A stretch of 64,000 nt of DNA from the human T2T-CHM13v2.0 reference genome, Homo sapiens. The position numbers were made by a program, and so were the translations under genes. Shown here piece by piece: positions 61,443 to 64,000 of this stretch; the first letter of the stretch is position 1; the number at the start of each line of letters is the position of its first letter. The notes beneath the pieces are model-generated. The model was not told the DNA's origin, made no database searches, and worked only from the letters and a program-made list of their open reading frames with translations. Location: assembly GCF_009914755.1 (NCBI RefSeq), contig NC_060928.1, one strand, 5' to 3'.

Positions 61443-61729
61443 GTAAGGGGCCCCCTGTCGGATGTCCGTGGGGGCCCTGCGGGCACAAAGGCCCGCTCAA
61501 GGCAGCTCCTCGCCACTCCGGTTGGTTCTCCGGCAAAAAAAAAGGGCCGGCGACGCCGCTCCGGAGGCCCGCGGCGGGCGGCCCCCGGAAGAGGGACAGC
61601 CGGGCGAGCGCCGAGCTCCAGACGCGGCGGCACGGGCGGAAGAACGGGCGCGGGCCGGCAGGGGGCGGGGCGCAAGTGCGTGGGGGCGTGCCCAGGGGGC
61701 GGGCGAGGGGGCGGGGCGAAGCGAGGGTG

Positions 61730-61888
61730 CGCGCCGCTGTTCGCCGCGGGCTGCTCGCGCGCACCTGCGGGTCGGACCCGCTGCCTACCGCGTGCCCGGC
61801 GTCCTCGTCGCGCGAGTTGCCGGTCCCGCGGGGCCTGGGCTGCGGGCCCACGGGTCCCGGGGATGGCGTCGGAGCCGCGCTAACTCCG
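61730..61888 (+). other. TBC1D14: Candidate alternative first exon 1b (ends CCG|gtactg; contains uORF MASEPR*)
   Basis: Follows the GC-box cluster; weaker donor at 61889; 5' end approximate. Confidence 0.45.
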
Positions 61889-63892
61889 GTACTGAGAGCC
61901 TCCCGCGAGGGCCGGGCCGCGGGCCGCGAGGGAGGGCAGGGCGCGCGGGGCCGCCACCTGCTGCAGCGCCGGCCGAGGCGGGGAGCGGCCGGGGCGAGGC
62001 AGGTCGCCGGGCGCGGGTCCTGCTGGGTGTCCCTCGCCGCGCGGCCGCGGCTCCTGCACGCCAGGGCAGCGCGTGCGTGGCGCCCGGGGTGCCGTTACGG
62101 GGCCTCCGGGGCGGGGGCGACTCTCGGGACTCGGCGGCCCTCGCGGAGGCGCGCGCTGTGTCCCGCTCCTTTACGGAACTTGACGAAAAGTTTTCCTACT
62201 CCGACGCGAGGCTCCCGGCCTGAGAAGAGGCGCCTCGGTGCGCCAGACCCCGACCCCGGAGCCCCCTTCCACCTCGGACCCTCAGTCCCCAGGCAGCGGA
62301 CCCTCCTCCTTGGAGCCCCTGACCCCGCTTTCATCTCTGACCCCTCTACCCCTGGAGCCCCTGACCCGCGAAACCCCCTTTCATCTCGGAGCCCTGACCT
62401 CCTTGGACCTCCACCCACGCGAACCGTCTGTCCCTGGGCTAGGGAATCTCTCTGCCTCCGCCTTGGAGCCTCCCATTACCGGGCCGCGAAGACCCTGGCC
62501 CGGGGACTGTCTCGGGGCCGGGGTAGCTGCCTTGAGGAGTAAGTCCGGGGACTCCTGGTCTCCCTCCCGCCAGGAGTCTCTCTAGGCTGTGGGTTGCGGT
62601 CCTGATGGGAACAGCTGGTCAGGAGGATAGGAGAATGACCCTGTGGACTCCAGAGCCAGCCTCTGCGAGCCCCGGGGTGACCGCGCCTGACCAGGCCACG
62701 TGAAGTCGTTTCTGTCCTAAAGTTGCATAGGACGCCGTTTTCTCTAGCGTGGAATTGGAAGCTTTGCTTGGGAAGGTTTTATAGGCACCGGTGCGTTTTG
62801 CCCCTACTGGAGGTCCCTGGGCATCACCTTGGTTATTTCACGCACTGAGGCTAGATGAGGAGGGTAGTCGTGGTGGTGTCTTGGGGACAAAATGCTCACT
62901 GTCTTGTCCCCAGTATTGTAGGATGTTGGCACCTAGTTGCTGTCTTGCCTAGCTTTTATAGCGGTGGGTTGCCTGTTGGAAACTGGTGGTTGCTTTGTCT
63001 GGACCGGGCTAGTCCTTACAGCAGTCTTAGAACACTTCCTGTTGCCCAGTTTATCTGGCCAGTACCAACCCATATCTCAGTTTGGGTATGGCTTCCCCCC
63101 TCCGACCAACCCTCTTACTGCTTCTTTGCTGTGTGTTTGACCCCTTGAGATTGTGGGCTCCGCAATCCTAATGAGATCCCCAGTCCTAATGAGAGCCTGG
63201 CATGAACTTGGTGCTCAGGGTCATTGGGCGAAAACACCTTTTGGGAAACATCAAGGGTGTCAGCTGGTACTAAGGGAGACAGAGTAACTGGCTGGGAGCC
63301 ACCCACATGGGGAGAGTCAGAGATGGGATTCAAACTGAGGCAGGCTACTGGGCCAGGCTCTGCTCACCTCGGTATCCTCCGCTGTTCCAGCACTTTGCAC
63401 CGAGCTGGGCCTGATTCCTGTTTGTGCAACTGAGTTTTCACCGTCTGCCCCCAGCCTACCCTCTCACATTCAGCTTGGGCTTTGCCTCTCCTGGCTTCTG
63501 CTGTTCCCCTGTGTTCCTTTAGCCCCTGCAGTTCCTCTGCATTGGGTCCGCTGTCTCCACCCCACTCCCCGTTTAGTGGGTGAATTCCTGTCTTTCATGC
63601 CTCCACCTTCCCTCCTCTACTCTGGGTTGATTGCTTAGCTGGTGCGCTATAGAAGGCCTCTCTCAAAGTGGGGACACAGCTAGTCAGAGCAGCTTGTTTG
63701 AATCTCTCTCTCCCGTTGGTCAGAGCTTCTAACCTTGAGTCCCAGCCTCAGCACAGGGGATGCCTGCCGTGCAGGTCGGGGGTTGCTTGGGGAGTCTTTG
63801 AGACCTTGGAAAAGATTTGTTGTCAGTATAAACATTAATACATAACGCAACAGGATTTTAGGAAAGTGAGTATGTGTTTGTTAACTTTAAAA

Positions 63893-64000
63893 AAATTTTT
63901 TTTTAGAGATGGGGTCGTGGTATATTGTCCAGACTGGATCTGAACTCCTGGGCTCAAGCGATTCTCCCGAGTAGCTGCAGTTACAGGAACGCACCACCAT
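63893..64000 (-). mobile_element. Alu fragment (runs off window)
   Basis: tttagagatggggtc...gaactcctgggctcaagcgattctc. Confidence 0.75.

Larger units (their letters stand above)
61150..62700 (+). promoter_or_regulatory. TBC1D14: CpG-island promoter, probably of TBC1D14
   Basis: Very high GC/CpG density, several GGGGCGGGG Sp/KLF boxes (61660-61720), YY1-type CAAGATGGC at 61415-61423. Gene name comes from recalled synteny with KIAA0232, not from coding sequence. Confidence 0.8.

Noticed and set aside
61261-62585. 150-290-aa ORFs in the CpG island
   Set aside because: Stop-codon depletion in GC-rich sequence; no domain similarity.

Overview
Human/primate genomic DNA (Alu-, L2-, MIR- and LTR-rich). 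The left 38 kb holds the last six coding exons and the ~2.4-kb 3' UTR of KIAA0232 on the + strand. The exons are 12144-12210, 13405-13486, a giant 3283-nt exon at 15881-19163, 26554-26662, 31640-31737 and 35767-35946 (stop), with AATAAA at 38330. All splice phases join into one open frame of 1272 codons plus stop. A ~23-kb repeat-rich intergenic stretch follows. It ends in a CpG-island promoter (~61150-62700) with two candidate first exons; from recalled gene order (4p16.1) this should be TBC1D14, but no TBC1D14 coding sequence is in the window. Most notable observations: (1) a ~700-bp inverted duplication (51243-51958 / 56043-56735) bracketing a 4-kb GC-rich block; (2) a candidate alternative first coding exon (MEYNCRPCHTLSIM, 10837-10878) that splices in frame into KIAA0232; (3) an internally deleted HERV-L/MLT2A provirus, antisense in the last intron, with a perfect DUX4 motif; (4) inverted Alus flanking a three-exon block whose circle would be a stop-free, frame-closed ORF; (5) a 61-bp VNTR in an L2 just before the last exon; (6) a near full-length HSMAR2 mariner. 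Repeat subfamily calls are by eye and their coordinates are approximate.
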